From Prorocentrum cordatum (taxonomy: Eukaryota), in assembly GCA_963575745.1 (NCBI GenBank), contig CAUYUJ010000127.1:62001-117904 (forward strand): 55,904 nucleotides of DNA, in the 5' to 3' direction. The position numbers and the translations under genes were made by a program. The notes below the pieces were generated by a model. The model did not search any database and had not been told where the DNA came from. It saw nothing but the letters and a program-made list of their open reading frames with translations. Shown here one piece after another: positions 25,652 to 38,310 of this stretch; the first letter of the stretch is position 1, and every line of letters begins with the position of its first letter.

Positions 25652-26265
25652 CCCAGACCCCCTCGAGTCATGAAAAAATCACGACGGAAGGTTGTTCTAT
25701 ATTTTCCGCCTCTGGGGGCCCTTACCGGCCCTCGGGACCGTCAGAAAATAACTCAGGATGAAAAACCGGTCCCGGCGAATAGTAGGTCCGGACCTTGTGG
25801 GATCGCGTCATGAAAAAATCATGACGTCGGGGGTTTGGGACCGCAGAGTCCCCCGGGAAACCTGCAGGACACCTCCCTCGGCACCGCTCGTTTCGAGGAA
25901 GCCCGAACCCAGAGATCCGATGTCGTGGTTTATTCACTGCGGGGCCCCTGGAAGTCTAGACCCAGTCCCCGGGACCAGTTTTTCATCTGGAGTCGTTTTC
26001 GGACAGTCCCGGGGCCTGGCGAGGGCCCTCAAAGGCCGAAGATTGCGAACTAACCTCCCCGCCTTGATTTTTCCAATGCGTTGGATCCCCAGACCTTCGA
26101 CGTCGTGATTTGTTCACAACGTCGACCCTCAGAGGTCAGGACCTCTTCCCGGTGACCGGTTCTTCATCCTGAGTCGTCTGTCGACGCCTCGGGAAGCGCC
26201 CCCGAGGGCCGAAAATATAGAAAAACCTCCCGCCGTGATTGTTTCACGACGCGAGGAGGTCTGAG
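25652..26265. mobile_element. Family B ~187-bp units: forward copy 25652-25839, inverted copy 26088-26265 and a partial inverted copy between them
   Basis: The unit is bounded by CCCAGACCCCC...GGGGGT(C/T)TGGG with core ACTCAGGATGAAAAACCGGTCCC; near-identical copy at 41024-41210. Confidence 0.8.
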
Positions 26266-26967
26266 TCTTTGGGAACTGCATTTGAGGCCATGCTCTGGGA
26301 TCAGTCTACACCACGCCCTTCCCACCGGGCAGGGCTCGTTTCGATTCCTCCGATTCGATTCGAGTTCGACGGCCTCCGATTCCGATTCGATTCGACTTCG
26401 GATTCTGGTCTGGGCTCCGATCTCTCAATGGAGGCCTACCAGCCTGCCGATTTCTGCCGATCCGACTTCTCCCGACTGGGCTGCCGATTTTGCCGATCCG
26501 ATCCATGTCGATCGCCGATCCGACTTACCGATTCGATTCTGGGCCCTCCTGGCCGGGCCCGCGTGGCGCCTCCAGCACTCTGCGCGGGGGCGACTCGCAC
26601 GCGTCGCCCCTCCGCCGGCGCCGACCGCCGTGGCCCGTTGGCTGCCGTCATCTCCGCCATTTCCGCCGACGTCATCGCCGCCGCTGTCGTCATCGCCGCC
26701 AGTCAACCTCCTGATTCTCGGAGGAGGGAAAGGCACCGTCGCCGCTACTTCTCCCTCGTTTTGCCCGTTTGGGGGCCTCCCTGGGAGGCCCTCGCCGCCA
26801 CCGTTGGATTCGCCTCGAAACTCTGGTCAGAGTGCACCCCATGTGAAGTCCGGGGAGGAGGAGTGGCGGTATCGGTGTTTTTTCGTTCCCCCATATTCAC
26901 CACACCGGCAATGGCCGCGCCTTCGAGGATCGAAGGAGTTGGAGTTTGTTTCTTTATTGCTTGGGGC

Positions 26968-28617
26968 ATGACTGGCGTCATGGCCCCGCCCCCCCCCCCC
27001 CATGACGTAACGCTCCACTCCCCCCCGTGCATTCCGGGCACTGCCGCCATGGGCATCGGGATCCGAATAGGTGTCCGCTTAGGAATCCGCATCGGAGTCT
27101 GGTCAGCAATCGTCGTCGTCGTCGTCGTCGTCGTAGTCGGAGTCGGAGTCGTAGTCGTAGTCGTTGTCGTCGCTCGTCATTGTCGTCGCCCGTCGCTCGT
27201 CGCTCGTCGCTTGTCGCTCATCGTCGTCGTGTGCGCGGACGCGGTTGGAGCCTATTTTTTATTCCGGGCCGATGACGGCAATCATCTGGGGGGGGGAAGG
27301 GGCCGATGACGTCACGTTTCGCTCCTGCGGCGTCTAGAAATGCTAGGGATGACCGAGGACGGGTAGCAACAGCATGTAGGTGGCGATATGCACCACAGCG
27401 CCTGTGTGCCTGCGTGCACCACAGCGCCTGTGTACACCACACCGCCTATGTACACCACAGCAGCCGCTCGCAACACAGCGCCAGTGTGTGCCAGAGTGCC
27501 TGCGGGCACCACAGCGATTGTGTACACCACAGCGCCTGCGTACACCACATCAGCCGTGGGCAACACAACACTGTGGATTCCAGAGCAAAAACATATGTTA
27601 TATCTGGACGTTGAAAAGGGATCCTCATGGAAAAAGGAGTGCCGCTGGAATCTACGACTTTTCTCGAGTCCGCCCGCATCATCCTAACTCCTCCCATCTG
27701 CGTCCAGGAGGATCCAGTTAAATTGGTCGCCCGAGAACAAAGTGGACTGGTTGGATCGACCATTCTGCGGTGCACGCTGAGATGCGCACGTGCGCTATAG
27801 TGCCGACCCGCACGACAGGGGGGAACGGTGAGGGAAGAGGAGGAGCAGGAGGAGGAGGAGGAAGAGGAGGAGGAGGAGAAGGAGGAGGAAGAGGAGGAGG
27901 AGGAGGAGGAGGAAGAGGAGGCGGAGGATGAGGAGGAGAAGGAGGAGGAGGTGGAGGCATAGGTAGAGGAGGAGGGAGGAGGGAACGACGTCGCATTCTA
28001 TTCGCAACAGTTCCCTGCGTGGCGTTTAGCTGTCCGAGCCAGATCCTCACATACATGCTCTTTCTACCTGTCCAGTGCACGCAGGCAGTGTGCTGTACAC
28101 CAGCGCTGCGTTGCACGCGGATGCTGTGTTGTAGAGAGGCGCTGTGGTGTGCACAAGCGCTGCGGTGCACGCAAGCATTGTGGTGTACACAATCGCTGTG
28201 TGTTGCACATGGTCGCTGCGGTGTACACATTCGTACACATTCGCTGTGATGTACACTGGCGCTGTGGTGCACGCAAGCACTGTGGTGTACACAGGCGCTG
28301 CGTTGCACACGGCTGTTGCGGTGTACGCAGGCGCTGCGTTGCACACTGCTGTTGCGGTGTACTCAGGCGCTGTGGTGTACACGCGCGCTGTGGTGCACGC
28401 GAACATTGTGGTGTACACAAGTTCTGTGGGGCAGATCGCCACCTAAATGCTGGTCGCGTCGTCTTTGTCGTCGTCGTCGTCGCTCGTCTATCGTCGCTCG
28501 TTGCTCATCGTCGTCGTGCGCGCGGGCGCGGCTGTCGTGCCAGAGCCACAGGGCTGGGGGGGTGGGGCGTTACGTCATACCACTCCCCCCGCCCCCCCCA
28601 CCCATGACGCCTGTCAT
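26968..28617. repeat. Nested foldback structure with inverted 18-bp tandem arrays
   Basis: 26968-27025 is inverted at 28556-28617. 27370-27610 (CACCACAGCGCCTGTGTA)n is inverted at ~28030-28452. Confidence 0.8.
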
Positions 28618-29574
28618 CGCCGAAAACAAAGTCACGCACTCTTGTCATCTCTTCCGCCGCGGAAGGCGGCGGAAGGACGGCGGAAGGTCGGTGGAAGTAA
28701 AACGAGGGCGTCTCCGCCGGCGGAAGCTTGGCTGAAGGTGGCGGAAGTAAAAAAACGCGCCCCCAAGAGATGAAAACGTTTTGGGTTCAGAGTTTCCGAA
28801 AGTTTCCGAAGTCGCCGATTTGGTGTCGCCTTCTATCTCATCGTCGCCATGACCCGCATCGCCGCGGTCTTCGCCGCCGTCGAGCATGCTCGAGCAAGCT
28901 CGGTGTTTGTACGGGCTAGAAAGACAAGAGGCGCCGACCCTCCCATGCGTTGGTGTATCTGGCGGAGGGGCAATCTTAACAAAAAGGCTCCCCCGTTGTC
29001 TGAGGGGTGTACTTCCCGATGGGGGTGACACTTCGGTTTCCGTGCGCGCCCCAGACGAAATTTGGATCTCCGGGCGGGGTGGGAGTGTGTCAACCACCAG
29101 TCAGACGAAACCAAGCGGATGGGTTTTCTTCGTATATTCATTTTGCCTACTCTGTCGCGCGTTCTTTTCGCATCGTGGCTGCTGCCGCCGTCCCATCCGC
29201 GGTACTGACCTCGCAACGCAAACCAACAAAGTAAGGAGGGAGAGGATGCGCAGCCATGGAGGCGTACCTGGACAGGGAGACAGACCGATCATACGGTCAC
29301 GAATTAGGCACAGGAGCCACCACGCGGCCATACCCCAAAGACACGACCTGCAACATATGTGGCAACGGCACTTGAACAGCACCACTCAGGATATGCGCAG
29401 GTGCTGATATCCCAGGGGGCAAACTATACATACTTACCTATGTATATATATACACACACGTAGCACCCTGCAGACGCGGATAAGATTGAGGGGGCGGTGG
29501 GGCCGTCGGCAGTCTGCGAGACTCTGGAGAATCCCGACGCAGTCGCCAACGTTTTTCAACATCCTACAATGAGT

Positions 29575-31945
29575 CCACTGCAGGCGCCGATTTCTTTTGT
29601 TAAAACAATGTGGGTAGGTCGCGGGTGGGTCGCAAATGGGTCGCGGGTGGGTCGCGGGTGGGTCGCGGGGTGGGTCGCGGGTGGGTCGCGGGTGGGTCGC
29701 GAAGTGAGTCGCGTGTGGGTCGCGGGTGGGTAGCGGGTGGATCGCGGGGTGGGTCGCGGGGTGGTCGTGGGGTGGGTCGCGGGTGGGTCGCGGGGTGGGT
29801 CGCGGGTGGGTCGCAGGGTGGGTCGGGGGTTGATCGAGGGGTGGGTCGCGGGTGGGTCGCGGGGTGGGTCGTGGGTTGGGTCGCGGGGTGGGTCGCGGGT
29901 GGGTCGCGGGGTGTGTCGCTGGTGTGTCGCGGGTGGGGCGACGACAGCAAACAAACAAACAAACAAACAAACAAACAACAACAACAACTACTACAACAAC
30001 AACAATATCAATAACAACAACAACAATAACAACAACGCAGCAACGCAACAAACATTATCCTCACCACGGATCCCCACTTCAGCCACGCACCCAGGAACAA
30101 TGAATGACCGTTCGGGTTCCTCACTCTGATATACATCTATGTCTACATACCAACGTTTACACCTACATGCCATGTTTACATACACGCGTACACACATACA
30201 TATACACGTACATACATCCATGTATGCATGCATACATACATATAGACATGTTCAAATACATTCATGAGTGCATGCGTAATTGCATTCATGCATACATATC
30301 GATATGCCAAAATACATACATACATATATACAACATACATGCATACATACATGCATGCATACATGCACACGACTCACATTCACATGCATGCACACATACA
30401 CAAATCCACGCATACCTGGATGCATGTATACATACATACATACATACATACATACATACATACACACATACATACATACATACATGCATGCATGCATGCA
30501 TGCACACATACATACATACATACATACATACATACATACATACATACATACACACATACATACATACATGCATACACACATGCACACACATATTCATGCA
30601 CACATACATACTTACTGGCATACGCATGCACACATGCATGCATGCATATCTGCATACGTGCATACATGTATACATGCGTACATGCAGGCACCCACACATA
30701 AAAAGCATACATACATGCGTACATGCATACATGCACACATATATACAAAACATACATACATAAATACATACATACATTCATACATACATGTATGCATGCA
30801 GACATACATACATACATACATACATACACATACATACACGTACATACATACAGACAGACAGACAGACATCAGACGGACATGCATACACCTATACATGTAC
30901 ATATACATCTGTATACACATATACACTGGATGGATTGTACGCGCACGGTTTCGTGCAGGCGAAGACTGCAACCCGCGCCGCCGTCGCCGCCTTATTTCTG
31001 GCCACCAGACACGGGCCCAGGCGAAATCGACGTTACGCCAGACTTACAGGGCCTTCTTGCATACCATCAGTGCACCGACGACACGAGCACCCACTACCAT
31101 GCCACACGCAACGAGCACACTACCAGTCAACAGCCCCAGCCACTGTGGCATCGGATTGGGAGAGATGTGCAGTACGTTCTCAGAACGATGGTACCAACCT
31201 TGCAACCCAGCAGCGGAATAGGCAACAAATGCCAAATAACCAGCCTCATACCCAGAGGCCACCACGATTGGCACTTCGTCGACAGCCCTTGAACGAGGAG
31301 GCTGGCGTGGCAATGCGCGCGGACCCACGACAATGTATCGCTGGACCCATCGAGGTACCTATCCAGCAGATGGCAAGCGCCTTCCGATCGAAGGTCTCGC
31401 AGATCATCTCTGCCCGAGGCACCGCCGACACAGCGGCCAAACCAGGAGCCCCCACCAGCCAAGGATACCTCCATGGTACAAGTCATCCACCAGATCGGCG
31501 CAGCTCTGCTGGATCAGAGTGAGGGGGCCGAACGGTCATTCACTGTCCCTGGGTGCGTGGCTGGATTGGGATTCCGCGGTGCGGATTCTTGTTGTTGTTG
31601 TTGTTGCTGTCGTTGTTGTTGTTGTTGTTATTGTTGTTGTTGTTGTCGTTGTTGTTGTTATTGTTGTTGGTGTTGTTGTTGTTGTTGTTGTTGTTGTTGC
31701 TTGTTGATTGTTGCTTGTTGTTTGTTGTTTGTTGTTTGTTGATTGTTGGTTGTTGTTGTTTGTTGTTTGTTGGTTGTTGCTGATGTTGTTGGTGTTGTTG
31801 TTGTTGTTGTCGGTGTCGTTGTCGTCGGTGTTGTTGTTGTTGTTGTTGGTGTTGGTGTTGTTGTTGTTGATGGTGGTGGTGGTGTTGTTGTTGCTGTTGT
31901 TGGTGGTTGTGTTGTTGTTGTTGGTGGTGCTGTTGTTGTTGTTGC

Positions 31946-31977
<32 letters not shown>

Positions 31978-31992
31978 TTGGTGTGGTTGTTG

Positions 31993-32024
<32 letters not shown>

Positions 32025-32038
32025 GGTGGTGGTGGTGG

Positions 32039-32082
<44 letters not shown>

Positions 32083-33230
32083 GTTGTCGTCGTCCCACCC
32101 ACAACCCGCCCCGCGACCCACCCGCGACCCACCCCGCGACCCACCCGCGACCCACCCGCGACCCACCCGCGAGCCACCCCGCGACCCACCCCGCGACCCA
32201 CCCCGCGACCCACCCCGCGACCCACCCGCGACCCAACCGCGACCCACCCGCGACCCGCCCCGCGACCCACCCCCACCCCGCGACCCACCCCGCGACCCAC
32301 CCGCGACCCAACCGCGACCCACCCGCGACCCACCCCGCGACCCACCCCGCGACCCACCCGCGACCCACCCCGCGACCCACCCGCGACCCACCGCGACCCA
32401 CCCCGCGACCCGCCCGCGGCCCACCCAGCGACCCGCCCGCGACCCACCCGCGACCACCCGCGACCCCACCCGCGACACCCCCGCGCCCACCCCGCGACCC
32501 ACCCCGCGACCCACCCGCGACCCACCCCGCGACCCACCCGCGACCCAACCCGCCCACCGCGCGAGCCACCCCGCCACCCCCCCACCCCGCGACCCACCCG
32601 CGACCCACCCCCGCGACCCCCCCGCGACCCACCCGCGACCCACCCCGCGCCCACCGCGACCCACCCGCGCGACCCACGCGACCCACCTCGACCCACCCCG
32701 CGACCCACCCCGCGACCCACCCACGACCCCCGCGACCCACCCGCGACCCACCCGCGACCCACCCAGCGACCCACCCGCGAGCCACCCCTCGACCCACCCG
32801 CGACCCACCTTCGACCCAAACCACGTTCAAGGTACAGACCATCATTTTCGGCGCATGCGGCGTTTTTTTTTCCATTCCTTCCAGGTGGAGAGCCCGCGAC
32901 CCACCCCGCGACCAACTCGCAACCAACCTGCGACCCAAACACGTTCAGGGTACACACCGCATTTTTCTGCGCCTGCGGCGGGCTTTTTTTCCATTCCTTC
33001 CAGGTGGAGAGCCCGCGGCCCACCCGCGACCACGTTCAGGGTACAAACCAATTTTTTCGGCGCCTGCGGCGGGCATCTTTTGCATTCGTTCCCGGTGGGG
33101 AACCCGCGGCCCACCCGCGACCCAAAACACGTTCAGTGTACAAACCAATGTGTTCGGCGCCTGCGGCGGGCTGTTTTTGCATTCCTTCCAGGTGGAGGTG
33201 GAGAGCCCGCGACCCAAACCACGTTCACTG
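29575..33230. repeat. ~3.6-kb foldback: (GGGTCGCGGGT)n-(AAC)n-76-bp core ... core'-(GTT)n-(ACCCGCGACCC)n
   Basis: Core 30055-30130 is the reverse complement of 31513-31588. The flanking mini- and microsatellites are complementary and in mirrored order. ~4 variable ~90-120-bp units lie at 32812-33230. Confidence 0.85.
30130..30925. repeat. (TACA/TGCA)n microsatellite
   Basis: Seen directly. Confidence 0.95.
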
Positions 33231-33899
33231 AACAAGCCAATGCCGCACAAGCGCGGCGGCGGATTTTTGCATGCCGTCTGAGCCCGCAACGACCTCTTCA
33301 AGCCCCGCGCATCCACACCAGCCCGTCCAGCAACTTTGCCCTGGCGAGTTGCCTTGATCATAGAAGTCGGGGAGCATAAAGTGGAAAAAAGGATTGCGCT
33401 GCCGTTATCTTGGGAAAGGAGGGGGAGGCAGGAGGAGCAAACAGGGGACGAGGAGGACGCGGAAGAAGAGAGGATATAAGGAAAATGTGGAGAAAGAGGA
33501 GGAGGAGGAGCAGGAGGACGAGGAGGGGGAGGAGGGGGAGGAGGAGGACGAGGAGACGAGGAGGGGGAGGAGGGGGAGGAGGGGGAGGAGGGGGAGGAGG
33601 ATGATGATGGACGACAATGGGAGGACGATGATGGAGGCCGATGAGGGGGAGGACGACAATGGGAGGACGATGATGGAAGGACGAGGGGGGAGAGGGAGGA
33701 CGAGGAAGAAGAGGAAGAGGACGAGGTGGAGGAGGAGGATGACGATGACGATGACGATGAGGACGAGGACGAGGACGAGGACGAGGAGGAGGAGGAGGAG
33801 GAGAGCGCCATCGACAGGGAAGGTGGGGGCCACGAGGTCCGCCGGCTCGACGACGCCCGCGTCGCCCGCGCCCGCCCCCTCACTCTTATCCGCAATTGC

Positions 33900-34800
33900 G
33901 GGGTGCTACGTATTTCCAACATCGCGCAGGGCCAGCAGCCCTGTCGCATGATCCCACGACAACGGCCAAAATGAGGCCACCGTGCATCACGGTATGCCCC
34001 CCGCCTGTGAATGCACCACTCCGACAGGCATGGGCATTGGATTCACCATCTCGAAAGACATCGCACCCACTATTAGCCCACCAAGGCGACCACGCGATCG
34101 TAGACAGCAGGCAAATCGCCCACACAAGGCAATGCCGCTCCTAATTCACCAGGCGAACGACATCAAGCAGAAGGCTGGTCACTCCAACCCCAAGGGAACC
34201 GACGACGCACCACACCGAGCTTTATGCGACTGCGTTCGGAGCGCCTGATGCTTCGGAGGAAGTGGAGAGCGACAATATCCGAAAAAGCCTGACACTAACG
34301 ATCAGCAAGGGGCTGAGCACAAGACGGGCGACGAGAACCAGCCAGATAGCCCATATTCCATACGCTTGCCACGCCAGTCACGTACCAGATCGCTGCCTCC
34401 ACCACCTCCACCAGCATCAGCACCCGAAGGGGAGAAGACTGCTGGGCCTACGAGACAGGACTCAGAGGACTACCGCTCCAGGGTGGCGATCCGCACCGCG
34501 GTGCCATCGTCGTCACCTAAACCCAGCCAGCAAGGTGGGTATTGGACATACGGAGATCGCCAAGCATGGCCAGAAGCAGAACGACACGACAGAGACGTTA
34601 CAGCACGACGCCGAAGACCACCACGACGCGAAAGTCCACGACGAGTCCGGGAGCTGGACAACACGAGATATCGATTCTTTTTTGCAATAGACATGCACAG
34701 TGACCGAACAATGACAGATCATTTGCTGTGCGTGTCACAGGTCAAGGGGCTCACCACTACTGGGGCGTTCAATCACCACGGGCTCGGCGCCATGACCCGA
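33900..34800 (+). pseudogene. Degenerate Ty1/Copia-like RT C-terminus and RNase H remnant
   Basis: Ordered decayed motifs: GIGFTISKDIAPTIS (GxLxWL..RPDIA-like), APDAS (SDAS-like), YSIRLPRQSRT (WxSxxxxRVxRS-like), RVREL and SDRTMTDHLL (MLADxLTK-like). Confidence 0.45.
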
Positions 34801-35035
34801 TTCGACCACTGCAGCGCCATTCCTGAGCCCCGAAGAACCCCACCTGCCCTGCGGCGCATAACTCCAGTCACAGTGACGTAGCGCACCCGAGCACCAACCA
34901 CAGTGCCCAGCACGACAGCGGCACGTCGTCTGCTACGGGCACGTCGTCTGCTGCAGCGTGGCCCGGCCACCCCCGACGGCGGCTCGCAGCTTGCTGCAGG
35001 GCTCACGAGGGGGCAACCGCAGCCGCCCGGACAGG

Positions 35036-35190
35036 TAGGGGGCCACGGGCGAACCCTACCCCTACCCCCCACGATTTCTGAGGGGGAGGGTGGGGTTCAC
35101 CTCGCTCGGGAGCTCCCGAACGAAGCGAACCCCACCCTCCCATCTCAGAAATCGTGGGGGGTAGGGGTAGGGTTCGCTTGTGGCCCCCTA
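35036..35190. mobile_element. 155-bp near-perfect loopless palindrome bounded by TA (MITE-like)
   Basis: TA-GGGGGCCAC...GGGAG|CTCCC...GTGGCCCCC-TA, centred at 35112/35113, with a few mismatches and one indel. Confidence 0.85.
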
Positions 35191-36054
35191 GCAGGATCTC
35201 GGCCAAGACTGACTTCTCTCTTTCCCACGCCGGAGGCCCCGCCCGCGGCATGCCCCCCCCTCCCCCGAGGAGGCGCAGCAGCGCGCGCACCTCCTCTGGG
35301 CCTCTGCCGATCTCTCATGCCTCGCCTCATGAGGAGGACGAGGAGAGGGCGGAGGATAAGCAGGCAGGAAAAGGAGGGGGCTGAGGAGGAGGAGGAGGAG
35401 GAGGAGGAGGAGGAGGAGGAGGGAGCGAGGGAGGGAGGGAGGGGGAGGATCTGAGGAGGTCCAGGGGCCATCGATCCATAGCACATAGCACGGCACGGGG
35501 CCAACGTCGCCAGCGCGGGACTCGACTTCCACCCAAGCCAACGCGGATATCCACCGACCCACGCAGGCACGCGCGGCAGTCCTCCTGCGCGGCCGCTGGG
35601 CCCATGCGAGCAGGATCCGGGCGCGCGGATGTGTGGCTCCTCCTCTTCTCTGCTCCTCCCCCTCCTGGTGCTCCGTGCCAGCGCCTGCGCCAGCTCCTGC
35701 TCCTCCGCCTCCTTCTCGCCTCTTCCTCCTCCTTCGCCTCCTTCCCCCCCCCTCCTCACCCTCTCCCTCCCTCGACGAGTCCCTCACCTCCTCCCTCCTC
35801 CCCTCTCCTTCCTTTCCCCGTCCTGCGCTCCCCCCCCTCCCCCCCCCCCTCCCCCTCCTCCCTCTTATCCTCTTTTCCTCCTCTCCTCCCTCTCCTCCTC
35901 TCCCCCCTCCCCCTCCCTCTCCCTCCTCCCTCCCTCCCCCTCACCTTTCCTCCTTTTTCCCCCTCTCCCTCCCTCCCCCTCCCTCTCCCTCCCTCCTCCC
36001 TCTCCCTCCTCCCTCTCCTCCTCTTGCCTCCTCTCCTCCCTCCTCCCCCGACAG

Positions 36055-36139
36055 GACGCGCTCAGGTTGCCATCGTGCCCCGTTCGCGGCAGCCGCGGCG
36101 GGAGCCGGACAGCGAGGGCCGTTGCGATGGCGATCGTCG
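36055..36139 (+). CDS. Candidate short exon
   Basis: ~400-nt pyrimidine tract, CGACAG|G acceptor, CG|GTTGGG donor, then a purine tract. No product can be assigned. Confidence 0.3.
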
Positions 36140-36589
36140 GTTGGGCTCGCGATGTGGCCAGGGGGAGTGGAGACGGAGGAAGAGGGGGGAGGAGGAGGGG
36201 GGAGGAGCAGGAGGGAGAGGAGGAGGAGCAGCAGGAAGAGGAGAGGAACACCGTGATACAGCCAGAATGAAGAATGCCAGGAACACCTCTTCAAGGAACA
36301 GCGTTTATTGTTTTCGCGTGTTTCTCTCTCTCTCTCTCTGTTTTGTTGTTTTATCTCTCTCTCTCTTTCAATTATCCTGCTCCGATGCTCTTTTTTTCCT
36401 CGAGGCCGGGGGATTGTGGAGTCGCACGTTGTTCCAGAGGAATTGCATTACGAGCTTGCAGCCTTCTCTTCATTCCTATCGTTATCTTACTTATGATAAT
36501 GCGTTTCTCTTTATATCGTTATCTCGTGCTCTCTCTCTCTCTTTGTCTCTCTCTCTCTCTCTGTTTATCTCCTGCACCCGGCCACCGCA

Positions 36590-38310
36590 TGCCGATGTGA
36601 TACCAATACATTGCCCACCAATGCCAATGCCAATGCAATGTGAATGGGGAAATCCTTTTGCTCGGTTGATTTCAATCAGAATCCTTTGTGGACGGTGTCA
36701 TTACGAATCCTTTTTGTTCCAGAGGATTTCAATAGGAATGCCTCTGTGGAGGGTTTCGAGACGGATCCTCCTGTGGAGGGCTTCATTCGGAATCCTTTTT
36801 GTGGGGGTTCAGTAGGAGTCCTTCTGCGGAGGGAGCCATAGGACTCGCCAGCGCAATGCCAACGCAATGCCGAAACAGTGCCATCGTAATGCCAAACCAA
36901 TGCCAAGGCGGTCCCAATCCAATGCCAATGCAATGCCAATGGGGTGGAACCTTTTTCATAAATTCCAAAAGGAACCTTGCTTGTGGCGGGTTTCATTAGG
37001 AATCGTTCTGCGAAGGGGGGGCATCAGGACCTGGCAACGCAAGGCTAACGTAGCGCCAACGAAATACCAAACCAATGCCAAGGCGATCCAAACTTAATGC
37101 CACTGTAACGCCAATGGGGCGGATTGCTTGTGGTAGCGTTCCATAGCAATCCTTATAAGAACCCTTTTGTGGATGATGCCATCCACAAAGGAATCCTTCT
37201 AAAGACCATTCTTCGGAGGATTTCAATCGGCACCCTTCTGCAGAGGGATTCGCATGGAGCCCTTCTGTGGAGGATTGCAATGTGAATCCTTATTGGGGGG
37301 GTCCGTAGGCGTCATTCTTGTGGACGCATCCAATCGGAATCCTTCTGTGGAGCGTTTGGCTGGGATTCGACAGCACAATGCCAACGCAATGCCAACGCAA
37401 TACCAATGCGATGCGAATCCATTACCAAACCAATGCCAGCGCAATGCCGATGGCATGGCTCCAGTCTTTCAACAAATTCCAACAGAACTCCTTATGTGGA
37501 TAATTTGGCTACGGATCCTTCGCCGGAGGATGTTGATAGGAATACTATTGTGGAGGATTTCGGCAGGAATCCTTCTGTGGAGGGTTTGACCATGAACCCT
37601 TCATGTGGGGGCTTTCAAACAGAACCCTTCGTGTGGAAGGTTTCAACAGTAATCCTGCTATGGTGGGAGCCACTAGAACTCGCCAGGGCAACGCCAAAGC
37701 AGTGCCAACGCAATGCCTAACCAATGCCATGGCAACCCCAGCCCAATCCCAATGAAATGCCTGGGGGAAATCGTTGGTGGTCGGTTTCAATGGGATTCCT
37801 TCTATGGAGGGCTTCGAATGGGTTCAATAAGAGCCCTTCTTGTGGAATGCTCCAATCGGAATCCTTCGTGTGTGGGATTAGATAGAGAACATTCTGCGAA
37901 AGGAGCAATTGGAACTCGCCAGCGCAATGCCAGCACAATACCAAAGCAGTGCCAACGCAATGCCATCCCAATGCCAAGGCGATCCCAACCCAATGTCAAT
38001 GCAATGCCAATGGGGGGAAGCATGTGTGATATAGTCCAGTGGGAATCATTAGGTGGAGGACTTCGCATGTAATCCTTCTGCGTAGGGTTTCAATATGAAT
38101 GAACCCTGATATTGTGGAGTGTTTCACGTGGAGCCCTTCTGGTAGAGGTTTTCCATCTGAGTCATTTTGTGGAGGGTGCCATTAGGACCCGCCAGCGCAC
38201 TGCTTGCAACATGCAAACGCAATGCCAACGCATTGCCAAGCGCTATGCCAACGCAGTGCCAATGCGGTGCCAAACCATGGCCAAACCAATGCCAATGCAA
38301 TGCCAAGCAG
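36590..38310. repeat. Two-module higher-order satellite: (AATGCC)-rich blocks alternating with (AATCCTTCTGTGGAGG..TTC)n blocks
   Basis: About seven AATGCC-rich blocks are separated by ~24-bp-unit blocks. Confidence 0.85.

Noticed and set aside
31040..31490. Minus-strand YLDGS as an RNase H remnant in the foldback loop
   Set aside because: Single motif; the downstream catalytic motifs could not be placed.
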